Source: Candidatus Paceibacter sp.
Lineage (GTDB): Bacteria > Patescibacteriota > Minisyncoccia > UBA6257 > 02-FULL-45-10c
NCBI GenBank assembly: GCA_020724845.1
Contig: DYGE01000001.1
Coordinates: 122,664 to 186,663, forward strand
DNA length: 64,000 bases
Reading direction: 5' to 3'
A model generated the notes under the pieces. The model worked only from the letters and a program-made list of their open reading frames with translations. It made no database searches and was not told the origin of the DNA. Below, in pieces: positions 27,741 through 37,601 of the stretch (position 1 is the first letter of the stretch; each line of letters begins with the position of its first letter). The position numbers and the translations under genes are program-made.

Positions 27741-28358
27741 TCATTCTTGAGGCGCTAAATGAATTTCTTTTGCTTCCTTTATAACTTTTTCCAGCTCATC
27801 CGCCAGCTCCTCGCTGACACTCTTGACCATCCGCTTATTGGAACGCCAGCGATTTTGGATAATCTCTCTGTTTATCTCTATCACTTTCAAATGCGGCACT
27901 TTAACCTCTCTCAACTCTCCATCAATCCATTTCACAACCGTTTTAATGCCATCGGGCAATTTTACCGATAATACAGCTCTTAAACGCTCCTTATTTTTAC
28001 CTAATTTAGGCCGATATTCCATTTTAACGGAGACAAAGTGCGGCACATGCTCCGAATTCGGCACAGCCCGGTAATCAACTAAACTATGCTTGCGGCTCTT
28101 TAACTCTTCCTGCAGCGAATCAAGCAATTTCGCCGCTATTTTCTCTTGCTCCTTATACTTATCGGAAGACACCTCGTTTCCTTCCGCCCAGCGGACTATC
28201 CTTGAGTCTTTAACTTCTAAATTCTGGTAAACATCAACGTAACCCAAGACTATCATATAGCCGGCCGCTGGCGATACATTCATGGCCATCAAACTGAAAG
28301 ATAAAATCCCTGCCAGTATCGCTTTCTGGCGGCTTGCCATTTGCCTGCCTGCCTTCAA
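27741..28358 (-). CDS. Signal-anchored hypothetical protein
   Basis: N-terminal hydrophobic segment and a charged C-terminal domain (205 aa). Confidence 0.35.
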   Translation of the reverse strand: MKAGRQMASRQKAILAGILSFSLMAMNVSPAAGYMIVLGYVDVYQNLEVKDSRIVRWAEGNEVSSDKYKEQEKIAAKLLDSLQEELKSRKHSLVDYRAVPNSEHVPHFVSVKMEYRPKLGKNKERLRAVLSVKLPDGIKTVVKWIDGELREVKVPHLKVIEINREIIQNRWRSNKRMVKSVSEELADELEKVIKEAKEIHLAPQE

Positions 28359-28430
28359 ATTATTTTCAAGCTACAAAAAAAATTTTACAAAAAATCCAAG
28401 AAGATGGCAAATGAAGCTGCCGAGTAAATC

Positions 28431-30173
28431 TCATTCTACGTCAGCGCGGATACGCTTCACCCCCGCGCCGACGGATTCTTGTTTAGTAATTTTAAATTTG
28501 CCGACCTTCAACGTATTGGTTACATGAGGGCCGCCGCAGAATTCTTTGCTAAAAGCATCATCCAAATTATGGCCGGCATAATATACTTTTACCCGATCAG
28601 GGTATTTTTCTTTGAAGAAGAACAGAGCGCCGGTTTCCTTGGCCTCTTCTAGCGGCATTTCTTTATAGCTCATCAGCAAATCCTTTTGGACAACCTCATT
28701 CACCAAGTCCTCAACTTTCTGCAGTTCTTCCGACGTTAATTTTCGAGGAAAAGAGAAATCAAATCTTAATCTTTCCGCGGTAATGTCCGATCCCATCTGC
28801 TTCACCTCGTCACCAACGACCTTTCTCAAAGCCGCCTGCAAAAGATGGGTAGCGGTATGAAGGCGGGTAACTTTTTCCAGCTCTTCTTGAGTGGAGGCCT
28901 TTAACTCTCCGGTATCTAAAATCAAGCCGTGGCCGCCAAATTTCTTTTCCAAGCCGGCGCGCGAGATTTCCTGGTGTTTCTCAAATTCTTTATCAAAATC
29001 TTCTTTTTTCAACTCCCCCGTCTTATCCGGAACCAATTCTTTCTGAAGCTCAAAGGGCAAGCCGAATGTTTCATAAATATAGAATGCATCTTTGGCTGAA
29101 ATCGCGTCGTATTTTTCTATCTCCTTAACGCCTTGCGCGAGCGCTTTCTCAAATTTGGACTTCTCATCCATCATCACATTTAAAATCTCCCTGTCATTCT
29201 CCATTTCCGGATACCATTTTGCATATTGGTTTTTAATTACCGGAACAGCCAACGCAAAAAGCTCGGCGTGAATGTCATGCTTAATTTCATAGACTAAGAC
29301 TCTGCGAAGCAATCTGCGCAAAATATATCCGGCTTCTTTATTGGAAGGCCGCACGCCATCGGCAATCAAAAATATGGCTGACCGCAAGTGATCCGCAAGC
29401 ACCCTGACAATCCTGTCTTCTAAACCCGGCTTAGCTTCCCGAATAACCGATGCCAGCGGATGAAAAAGATCAGTTTCAAAGACATTGCCAGATCCCTGCA
29501 GCATTACCGCCAACCTTTCCAAGCCCATTCCCGTGTCCACTCCCGGCATTTCTAATTTTTCCAAGGATTTATCGGATCTGCAGTAATACTCGTTAAACAC
29601 CAAATTCCAGATCTCCACTCCATCTACATAGATCTCCGTAGTCGGACCGCAAGGCCCTTCATTTCCAGTCGGGCCCCAAAAATTATCCTCTCTCCCATGC
29701 TTTTTGATATTCTCCTCCGGCAAACCGACTTCTTTATGCCAAATATCATATGATTCCTTATCAAAAGGCACTTCCTCGTCTCCGCCAAAGACAGTCACAT
29801 AGATCCTATCCCTGCTTAACCCAAGGATATTCACGACAAAATCGTAGGCCCAATTTATCGCCTTTCTTTTGAAATACCCGCCGAAAGAAAAATTGCCCAG
29901 CATTTCAAAAAATGTCAGGTGAGTTTTATCGCCCACCTCGTCTATGTCGGAAGTCCTAAAACACTTCTGGACGGAAGCAGTATTCCTGCTCCCAAACTCT
30001 TTCATCGGATCGGCTTTTCCTATGTAATACGGTTTGAATTGCTGCATGCCGGCGGTAGTCAAAAGCACCGACGGGTCATCGGGAATTAATGACGAGGACT
30101 TGACCACTGCGTGCCCCCGCTCTTCAAAAAATTGCAGAAATTTTTTGCGAATTTCACTGGATTCCATAGACAA
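28431..30173 (-). CDS. alaS: Alanyl-tRNA synthetase, short form (catalytic and editing domains, no C-Ala domain)
   Basis: The N-terminus ...FLQFFEERGH..SSSLIP.DPSVLLTTAGMQQFKPYY matches AlaRS, and the editing-domain motif HTATHLL is present. At 580 aa it is far shorter than the typical 870 aa. Confidence 0.8.
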   Translation of the reverse strand: MSMESSEIRKKFLQFFEERGHAVVKSSSLIPDDPSVLLTTAGMQQFKPYYIGKADPMKEFGSRNTASVQKCFRTSDIDEVGDKTHLTFFEMLGNFSFGGYFKRKAINWAYDFVVNILGLSRDRIYVTVFGGDEEVPFDKESYDIWHKEVGLPEENIKKHGREDNFWGPTGNEGPCGPTTEIYVDGVEIWNLVFNEYYCRSDKSLEKLEMPGVDTGMGLERLAVMLQGSGNVFETDLFHPLASVIREAKPGLEDRIVRVLADHLRSAIFLIADGVRPSNKEAGYILRRLLRRVLVYEIKHDIHAELFALAVPVIKNQYAKWYPEMENDREILNVMMDEKSKFEKALAQGVKEIEKYDAISAKDAFYIYETFGLPFELQKELVPDKTGELKKEDFDKEFEKHQEISRAGLEKKFGGHGLILDTGELKASTQEELEKVTRLHTATHLLQAALRKVVGDEVKQMGSDITAERLRFDFSFPRKLTSEELQKVEDLVNEVVQKDLLMSYKEMPLEEAKETGALFFFKEKYPDRVKVYYAGHNLDDAFSKEFCGGPHVTNTLKVGKFKITKQESVGAGVKRIRADVE

Positions 30174-30276
30174 AATTTTATCATGAAATTCGCAAACCAG
30201 GAAGTGAAAATTTTGATTATCGAATTTCTACTTCCTGAAAACAAAAAGGCGCATACGCAGCGCCCTTATTTAAGGT

Positions 30277-31077
30277 TTACGGCCCAACACTTATGGACCA
30301 ATTATAAAAGCCTTTTATGTGATATATCCCGCCTCTAGCAAAATGGAAATGTATAGATTTCGCAGTTCTTGAGCGTAAATCTAATTCAGATAACAACTTT
30401 CTGTTTCTCCTAAAAAGATCTCTAATTTCAATTACTTTTTCTTTTCTCTTAGTTGTGCCAAGGCCGCCTTCATACTCGATCCTAAAGATTATATCGCCCT
30501 CTTGAAATCCTGCCTTATGCGCAAAACTCTCCGGAACCACATGATTCACAACAGCCTCTCCGCTCAAATTAGTAACTTCCAAATCGGAAGCTGCCAGTTT
30601 CGCGACCTCGTCGTTGGAAATATACTTAGTTCCCGAAAGGCCAGTGATTTTATCAATCACCTCCACAGTGATAAATTCATGCTCCTTATAATACGAGCAT
30701 TGATTTCCGGTTGTGGATTTATGAAAAATCTGCAGGACCTCTTCGGGCGTCTTATGCAAAGCAGATTCAAATGTAACTTCGCCAGAACCGCCGCCTTTCG
30801 ACCAACAGCTAACAGAAATCGCCAGGATAAGGTCTCCGCTCCGTAGCGGAGCAGAACCTATTCCGGTATGTTTTTCTCGCAGGGTGGCATCCTTTGATGA
30901 ATATTTAATCGCAGGAACTAGTTTAGGAGACGAAGATGCATCTACCAAGCTCATGCCATAATCATAATAGAAAAGCAAATACGGCCTGTCCGCGAACTGG
31001 GCAGATGCTTGATTCGTAAAAAACAACACCGCGACTGCTAGGATTATCTCTCTCACCACACACCTCTCAAAGGACAA
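30277..31077 (-). CDS. Secreted PDZ-domain protein
   Basis: Signal peptide, then a PDZ-like segment VVPESFAHKAGFQEGDIIFRIE. Confidence 0.4.
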   Translation of the reverse strand: MSFERCVVREIILAVAVLFFTNQASAQFADRPYLLFYYDYGMSLVDASSSPKLVPAIKYSSKDATLREKHTGIGSAPLRSGDLILAISVSCWSKGGGSGEVTFESALHKTPEEVLQIFHKSTTGNQCSYYKEHEFITVEVIDKITGLSGTKYISNDEVAKLAASDLEVTNLSGEAVVNHVVPESFAHKAGFQEGDIIFRIEYEGGLGTTKRKEKVIEIRDLFRRNRKLLSELDLRSRTAKSIHFHFARGGIYHIKGFYNWSISVGP

Positions 31078-31188
31078 CTTCCGTCAAATTTCTCTGACCA
31101 CCATAATATACAGCTAATATATCACTATGTCAATAAAAAGCGCCCACATCGGGGTTTTTCCATTTTTCCGTTGCTAGCCAAATATTCT

Positions 31189-32742
31189 TTATTTCAAAAC
31201 TCTCTGAATTAGGGGGCGAGCCGCTTTTTCCCGGTCAAATTTTTCTTTGAGCTCCGCAATAAGCCCATTCAGTTCCAATTCCAACTGCCAAAGCAATACT
31301 TTGGAATTCCTCAAAACAGGCATAATCTTGTCTATCCCAGCCTCTTCCGCCGCCAAGTCCGAAAGCTCCACCAATACCCGCTCCGAAAGAGCCAGTAACT
31401 CAAAGAGGCGCTGGTTACTTTCTTGATTAAGACTATTATCGGCCGCTTGACTGAATAACGAATCGTATTTATTCCTAAGCTCTCCCATTTCGTAACTCAA
31501 ATTGTCCGTAAAAGAAATTCGATTAAGGGAATTCTTAGCCGCGGCAGCCGCCACGCTGGCTTGCCCGAAAGAAGAAGCATATTGTCCGATGGCAAAAGAT
31601 TCTTCCGCCTGCTCCAAGTTAAATTCCGCGTTTGCCAAAAGCTCATTTAAAGATTTGCTTCGCAAATTTTCTTTTTGGATTTTGTTCTCTAAAAATTCGG
31701 CGGTTTTTGAAGCTCTCGCCAGCATGTGTTCCGCCTCTGTTTTGCCTATTTTCCTAGAATTCTCTGAAAGCTCTAAAAGAAGCTGTCTTACCAAACTGAA
31801 GTCATTTTTTAATTCCTGATCGGTAAAATACTCGCGGCTTTCATCCATAACCCTAATCCTCGCGGAAGAATCCCCCGGCAGGCGCTCTAACAAAGCTGGC
31901 AAAACAGAATTAAGTTCACTAATAACTATCCTGGCTTGAGTTTCCAATAACAGATCTTCCTTGGATTGCAGGAGCAGCTCGCTTAGCCATTCATTTAATG
32001 GAAGCGACCCTTCCCAGCTATCTAATATTTCAGCAGATCTTAACGCCTTAAAAGCTCCGCCAGGCTGATTCGCTAACACGGAAGCAAAACGGATTCTGGA
32101 GCTTTCCTGGTTGTCTAGCTTAATTAAAGCGCTGGTAACAACCGCCCCGAGCTTCTTTTCTAAAGAGCTAAGCTTTCGGCTTCCTGCCGGATCGTTATCC
32201 GGCTCCAACTGATCAAATAACTTACTATGCTTCAATCCGGCATCCAGCAGGCGATTTAATAAATCGCTAAGGCCTGCGTTTCTGTCATCTCTTTCAATTC
32301 GCGCCAAATAATATCCGAGGTTATCCAGGGTGGCTTCATATGCATCAAGCGCCGAGACTAGGACCTCGCTATTATCCGGAATAATCTCTTCTAATCGCTT
32401 TAATTCCGCCGCCTTTTCATTTAAAGTATTAAGTTCAAATTCCGCTTTCTCCACGGCATTAAATTTAAAAGCGCGCAGAGTAGTCCTGCGAAACTGCTTC
32501 ATAAAATAAAACGGATTGGTGTTCAATATCCCAGGGTTAATCACTCCTAAGTCTTCCAAATCCACAGCCTCTTCTTCTATCAACCTTAGAACCAGGCTAT
32601 TTTGGACCTCCTGGGCGTTAGCAATCGGGCTTCCAAACATGGCTGGATTTAAAGCGGCGCTAGCCATCAGAGGCGCTGAAACCAAGCCGAAAACGGCTGT
32701 TAAAATAGATATTTTATTGCGTTTACCCATGAATTTCGGCAA
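31189..32742 (-). CDS. Secreted coiled-coil hypothetical protein
   Basis: Signal peptide and long helical repeats (517 aa). Confidence 0.35.
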   Translation of the reverse strand: MPKFMGKRNKISILTAVFGLVSAPLMASAALNPAMFGSPIANAQEVQNSLVLRLIEEEAVDLEDLGVINPGILNTNPFYFMKQFRRTTLRAFKFNAVEKAEFELNTLNEKAAELKRLEEIIPDNSEVLVSALDAYEATLDNLGYYLARIERDDRNAGLSDLLNRLLDAGLKHSKLFDQLEPDNDPAGSRKLSSLEKKLGAVVTSALIKLDNQESSRIRFASVLANQPGGAFKALRSAEILDSWEGSLPLNEWLSELLLQSKEDLLLETQARIVISELNSVLPALLERLPGDSSARIRVMDESREYFTDQELKNDFSLVRQLLLELSENSRKIGKTEAEHMLARASKTAEFLENKIQKENLRSKSLNELLANAEFNLEQAEESFAIGQYASSFGQASVAAAAAKNSLNRISFTDNLSYEMGELRNKYDSLFSQAADNSLNQESNQRLFELLALSERVLVELSDLAAEEAGIDKIMPVLRNSKVLLWQLELELNGLIAELKEKFDREKAARPLIQRVLK

Positions 32743-32856
32743 TTAAGCCAATAAAAAAAGCCTATTCAAATAAGCTTTCAGATATAGTTTCACGATAAAA
32801 ATGACCTTATTTACTTAAGGTCATTATACCATATCGACTCCCAAAAGTCACCTCTT

Positions 32857-34104
32857 CTAGTAACCCTCTATCGTGTGGGATTTGCCATGCTGGCGAATAC
32901 GACTCAATGCTTTAGCTTCAATTTGCCTGATGCGCTCGCGAGTGACCGCAAATTCTTTGCCTACTTCTTCAAGGGTATGAGTAATACCGTCTTCCAGGCC
33001 GAAGCGCATTTGTAGAATCTTCTGCTCTCTTGGAGTCAGGTCAACCAAGATTTCTTTAATTCTTTCCCTAAGCAAGGTTTGAGAAGCGATCTGGGACGGC
33101 GTTAAGCTGTGAGTATCTTCAATAAATTCAGACAAAGACGACTCGTCATCCTCCTCGCCGACAGGCGCTTCCAAAGAAACCACTTCTTGCGAAATCTTTT
33201 GGATATGATGGACCTTTTCGACCGGAATACTCATTTCAATCGCTATTTCCTCTGGAAGAGGGTCGCGGCCAAGTTCCTGAATAAGGTGCCGCTTCGCTTG
33301 CGTGTATTTTGAGATAGTTTCCACCATATGCACCGGGATGCGAATAGTTCTGGACTGATCAGCCAAAGCGCGGGTAATCGCCTGCCTGATCCACCAAGTT
33401 GCGTAAGTTGAGAATTTAAAGCCGCGGCGATAGTCAAATTTAGATACCGCTCTAGCCAAGCCAATATTGCCTTCCTGAATAAGGTCCAAAATGCCCAAGT
33501 GCGGACTTCGGTTCACATAACGCTTCGCGATTGAAACTACTAAACGCAAATTAGCTTTTATGAATCTCTGCCTGGCCTCCTTATCCCCTTTCTCTATTCT
33601 CTTGGCCAATTCTCGCTCTTCTTCCGTTGTGAGAAGGTCGGTACGGCCTATTTCTTTAAGATAAGTCTGCACCGAATCGGGTAATTCCGCGCCCCCTCGG
33701 TCAACTTCCTCCAATTCCTTCTTGCTGATCTCATCTTTCGGCAATTCAATCAACTGACTAGTCTCCACAACCTTAATATTGGCAGTTTCCAGCTGGGTAT
33801 AGATCTCTTCCAAGAAAGCCACGTCGTCTTCAACGCGCGGGAAATAGTGGAGCACCTCGGTATCCGTTACAAATCCTCGGCTGCGGCCCCTGTCAATAAG
33901 CTCTTCAAGATTCTGTTCATCAGTCCCGGATTTTTTCGCTGGCCTTGCTGCCTTTTTCGGCTCTTTCGCCCCGCCCTTTCTGGCCTTTTTTCTAGCAGAC
34001 GCCTTCTTACCCTTTTTAAGAGGCTTTTTCTTGGCTTTAGGCTTCACCGCCTTCCTTTTTGCCTTAGAGCGCTTAGATTTTTTTAACTTATTTTTTTTCA
34101 TCAT
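32857..34104 (-). CDS. rpoD: RNA polymerase primary sigma factor
   Basis: Region 2 ([40 protein letters not shown]), regions 3 and 4, and a Lys-rich N-terminus. Confidence 0.9.
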   Translation of the reverse strand: MMKKNKLKKSKRSKAKRKAVKPKAKKKPLKKGKKASARKKARKGGAKEPKKAARPAKKSGTDEQNLEELIDRGRSRGFVTDTEVLHYFPRVEDDVAFLEEIYTQLETANIKVVETSQLIELPKDEISKKELEEVDRGGAELPDSVQTYLKEIGRTDLLTTEEERELAKRIEKGDKEARQRFIKANLRLVVSIAKRYVNRSPHLGILDLIQEGNIGLARAVSKFDYRRGFKFSTYATWWIRQAITRALADQSRTIRIPVHMVETISKYTQAKRHLIQELGRDPLPEEIAIEMSIPVEKVHHIQKISQEVVSLEAPVGEEDDESSLSEFIEDTHSLTPSQIASQTLLRERIKEILVDLTPREQKILQMRFGLEDGITHTLEEVGKEFAVTRERIRQIEAKALSRIRQHGKSHTIEGY

Positions 34105-34237
34105 AAATTTTAAGCCTTCCTATATTAGTTCCTACTATTAGAATATCCGCGCTTAATTCGTATATTCGGAAAGTCTACTTGCTTAATTTTGATTCCTTTC
34201 AGTGGAAAAAGCAATACTTGGCCTAGAACGCGCCTTC

Positions 34238-35977
34238 CTATCGTAAGGCATTTAACTCGCTTGAAAGGGCGGCGTATTCCTCCATGGCTTCTTGGAGGCC
34301 CTGATCGCTCCCTGACTGCTCCAGACGGTGGATTAACTCGCTTACTTCTTGCCGCCTTTCCTTTAAATATTCAACTTTCAATTCCCGCAGTAGGTTTTGC
34401 ATCTCTTTCTTTAAAGTCTCCGCCTCAAAATCCTGGTTTTCCAAGCTAAACTTCAAGCTAATCGTGTTCATAATCTCCCGAAGCTCGTCTTTGGTCTCAT
34501 TCGCATCGCTGACTAGGCTCTCATAAACCCGGAGATGTTCTTTCGGGAAGTACCGCAAGCTCTCCTCTAGCAAGCGCAAGTCATCTTTAAGATGCATCAT
34601 TACGCCTAGAAGCCTTTCGGAAAGCAATTCCCTTCTGGAAAGCTTTCTGGAGTCGGACTGGCTGGCAGCGGCATCCAACTGTCTCTCTAGCGCATTAACC
34701 CCCTTAAGCATTTCCATCTCTTCCGCTAAAATACTTTCCTCTATCCTGACAATAGCTGACAACTCCTTTAGCCAATGGTTTCTGTCAATCGGACTGGCTA
34801 AGCGTTTTATCTTTGAAAGAACAATACGGAGGTTTTTCTTTTTTGATTTAACGTCCGCAGGCGCGTTCTTTGCGTATTTATGGAAATAATATTCCATTGC
34901 TGATTTCGCTTGCTCCGCCAAAGACTTTATTATCCCGGGTTTCTTCTTGACCACATCAGCCGGATCCTTTAAATCCTTATCGTCAATAGTCAAAAGCCGA
35001 ACAGCGAAATCGTGCGCGCCGGCAAGGTCAATCGCGCGCTCAGCCGCTAACTCTCCCGCCTCGTCAGCATCAAAACTCAAAACCAGCTCATCTGCCAATC
35101 TGCGCAAAGCTTGCAGATGATCTTCGGTAAGCGAGGTGCCGGAGGTAGCGATAACGTTCTTAATGCCGTCTTGCCAAACCATCAAAAAATCCATCTGGCC
35201 CTCCACCAGTACCGCGGTTTTAGTTTCCCTGATCTCATTTTTAGTCTTGTAAAATCCGTATAATATTTTTGATTTTTGGAAAATGGGGGTTTCCGGGCTG
35301 TTAACATACTTGCCGACATTAGGATTGTCCGCGCCCGGAAGAATCCTGCCGGTAAAAGCGACTACTTTGCCGAAATGGTTATGAATAGGAAACATCAGGC
35401 GGGAACGAAAACGATCCCAATAAGTGCCCCTTTCGGTTTTGATGGTCAGTCCGGCTTTTTCTATATCCAGGATATTATATCCGAGCTTGAGCAAATGCCT
35501 GGTTAAAGCGTCAGAAACGCCAGGCGCCAAACCAAGTTCAAATTCTTGGACTGTTTCCAGCTTCAGCCCGCGCTCCCTTAAATAAGCATTAACTTCCTGG
35601 GACTTGTCCAAACTCGCTTTAAAGAAATTCTTCGCCTCTTCCATTATTTTATAAAGCGAATTATAGGACTGAAAATCCCGGTTGGCGCCGCCTTTCAGCT
35701 CTACCCCGGCTTTCTCCGCTAGAATTTTAAGGGCGTCATAGAACTCAATATTTTCATATTTCATTAAGAATTTAATAATGTCTCCGCCCTCGCCGCAAGA
35801 ACCAAAACAATGCCAGGATTGCCGCTCTGGAGACACTATGAAAGAAGGAGTTTTTTCCCTATGGAACGGGCAAAGGGCTTTGAAATTTTTGCCAGCTGGT
35901 TTCAGTTCCAGGTATTGTTTTAGAAAATCAACGATATCCAGCTTTTCTTTTATAATTTGAGCAGTGTCGGATGACAT
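34238..35977 (-). CDS. dnaG: DNA primase
   Basis: Zinc-binding domain CPFHREKTPSFIVSPERQSWHCFGSCGEGGD and a TOPRIM domain. It is followed by rpoD, the classic operon arrangement. Confidence 0.9.
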   Translation of the reverse strand: MSSDTAQIIKEKLDIVDFLKQYLELKPAGKNFKALCPFHREKTPSFIVSPERQSWHCFGSCGEGGDIIKFLMKYENIEFYDALKILAEKAGVELKGGANRDFQSYNSLYKIMEEAKNFFKASLDKSQEVNAYLRERGLKLETVQEFELGLAPGVSDALTRHLLKLGYNILDIEKAGLTIKTERGTYWDRFRSRLMFPIHNHFGKVVAFTGRILPGADNPNVGKYVNSPETPIFQKSKILYGFYKTKNEIRETKTAVLVEGQMDFLMVWQDGIKNVIATSGTSLTEDHLQALRRLADELVLSFDADEAGELAAERAIDLAGAHDFAVRLLTIDDKDLKDPADVVKKKPGIIKSLAEQAKSAMEYYFHKYAKNAPADVKSKKKNLRIVLSKIKRLASPIDRNHWLKELSAIVRIEESILAEEMEMLKGVNALERQLDAAASQSDSRKLSRRELLSERLLGVMMHLKDDLRLLEESLRYFPKEHLRVYESLVSDANETKDELREIMNTISLKFSLENQDFEAETLKKEMQNLLRELKVEYLKERRQEVSELIHRLEQSGSDQGLQEAMEEYAALSSELNALR

Positions 35978-36017
35978 ACCAGAATTTTAATCCAAATTTT
36001 GGCTAATTAAAAGACTT

Positions 36018-36088
36018 GGCCCCACACATAACCGGAGTTAGCACTAAGTACGCAAACTTTACCGCTCTGGTTATGTGTGGGGTTGACA
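36018..36088. repeat. GTCAACCCC-foot hairpin repeat H4, in inverted orientation
   Basis: ccccacacataacc ... ggttatgtgtggggttgac. It lies in the divergent dnaG/rpmB intergenic region. Confidence 0.6.
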
Positions 36089-36123
36089 TAGACAGTTTTC
36101 AACTATAAGATAAAAGCTAACTT

Positions 36124-36312
36124 ATGAAACAGTGCGCGATGTGCGCCAAAAGCTATTTGAGCGGCGGAACCCGCAAATTGCTTCGCGGCCACTACAATCC
36201 AACTAATCAGACTAGAAAACAACCTAATCTCCAATGGGCAAACAACCCGGATGGACCAGGGCGAATTAAAGTCTGCGTAAAATGCAAAAGGAAACTAAAA
36301 AAATCGGCCTAA
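36124..36312 (+). CDS. rpmB: 50S ribosomal protein L28
   Basis: CxxC ... PNLQ ... VCVKC pattern typical of L28, in a 62 aa protein. Confidence 0.75.
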   Translation: MKQCAMCAKSYLSGGTRKLLRGHYNPTNQTRKQPNLQWANNPDGPGRIKVCVKCKRKLKKSA

Positions 36313-36374
36313 AAGCCGGTTTTTTTATCAACAAAAAGGGCTCCGCGTGATGATAATCACGGGAGCCCAATGCG

Positions 36375-37295
36375 CTAAGCGCCGCTCTTTCTAATACCCA
36401 CGCATTCCAGAAAACTGTAATCCCTTGTATGGTAAGCCGTAAACCATTGGCGGCTGACTTCCTGAAATCCGGCCACCTTGAGTTCTTCTTCGATCCCTCT
36501 GAGGTGGGCGGCGCCCCAAATAGTAACGACATGACCGTTGGCCAGATGTTTCTTAATGCCGCGAACTGCCACTTCATTTCTCACATCAAGAATGAGCGCT
36601 TCAGTCAACCTCTTCTTTTTGGAAAAGGAAGCCAATGCCTTGAAAAGAACAGAGAAAGCAGGGAGTTGACTGAACAGCTTGTTGATTATCCATCTCAAAA
36701 ACAGCTGAGCGGATTTATCCCGCGACAGGTCAACAGCTGCCAGAGCCGCCTGCTCCTCTTTCTTAATAAGAAAAAGATCATGCTCCGCAAAGGCCTTAAT
36801 AAGCTGAGACATTCTTAAATCTGTATTAATCCAGGCAGGATCGTAGGATAGGCCCTTCTTCTGGTGCTGCAAACCCATCACGTCACAAACCCGCTCAAGA
36901 TACTTAAACAGCAGGCTGCAGCCCCCTGCTACGGCACGCTCTTTTTTAGTTAGGCCGGCTTCCTCTTCAGCAGATAATTTCTCAACCCTTTCAAAAAGAA
37001 CCGTGTATCCGGGGAGAGAATCAATCAACTGCTGAAGCTTCCGATAGTACTCCTGCTCTGCCATATGTATGACAGCAACAAATACTACTCTCCGCTTGGT
37101 CACTGGATGTTCATAGAAAATCGCTGGAGTTTCCAGCTTCCCGTCAACAGTACGAATTCCGTTGACGCCAACGGTATTCACCATCCAAACGAACAGGCGC
37201 CACAAAGGATAGAGCAGCGCCAAACCGCTTAGCATCGCCGCAGATTTCAGCAACGACCACAACGAGCTTATCACGCCCATCTTCTTGCTTCCCAC
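36375..37295 (-). CDS. Hypothetical protein, possibly TraB/GumN family
   Basis: N-terminal TM segment and a C-terminal IWGAAHL motif reminiscent of TraB-family GAGH. The assignment is tentative. Confidence 0.3.
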   Translation of the reverse strand: MGSKKMGVISSLWSLLKSAAMLSGLALLYPLWRLFVWMVNTVGVNGIRTVDGKLETPAIFYEHPVTKRRVVFVAVIHMAEQEYYRKLQQLIDSLPGYTVLFERVEKLSAEEEAGLTKKERAVAGGCSLLFKYLERVCDVMGLQHQKKGLSYDPAWINTDLRMSQLIKAFAEHDLFLIKKEEQAALAAVDLSRDKSAQLFLRWIINKLFSQLPAFSVLFKALASFSKKKRLTEALILDVRNEVAVRGIKKHLANGHVVTIWGAAHLRGIEEELKVAGFQEVSRQWFTAYHTRDYSFLECVGIRKSGA

Positions 37296-37412
37296 CTAGT
37301 CCTCCTTTATGCTGATTTTGTCATAGAACTGTTAATGAATATAATAACAAATATAATAAAATATGTCAAGTTCAACTAAAAACCCGCCTAAAAACTGGCG
37401 GGTTTCAATATG

Positions 37413-37483
37413 TCGGGCTGCTGGGAATCGAACCCAGACTAAATCCACCCCATGGACTCGTACTACCACTATACTACAGCCCG
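37413..37483 (-). tRNA. tRNA-Pro (anticodon GGG); no CCA encoded
   Basis: The hand-folded cloverleaf has a 7 bp acceptor stem (CGGGCTG/CAGCCCG), D-arm GTAT/GTAC, anticodon stem AGTCC/GGATT with loop ATGGGGT, T-arm CTGGG-TTCGATT-CCCAG and discriminator A. Confidence 0.75.
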
Positions 37484-37601
37484 AAAAATTTCTAACGGGA
37501 CCAGTGCGCGTAAGCTGCCACTACCCCATACTCCGATATCCAATAACTTAATATAAACCGAAGCATGCGATACCGCAACAAAAAATCCGCCAGCTGGCGG
37601 A

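Noticed and set aside
37363-37551. A 62 aa plus-strand ORF overlapping tRNA-Pro
   Set aside because: It overlaps a well-folded tRNA on the opposite strand; it is a spurious ORF.
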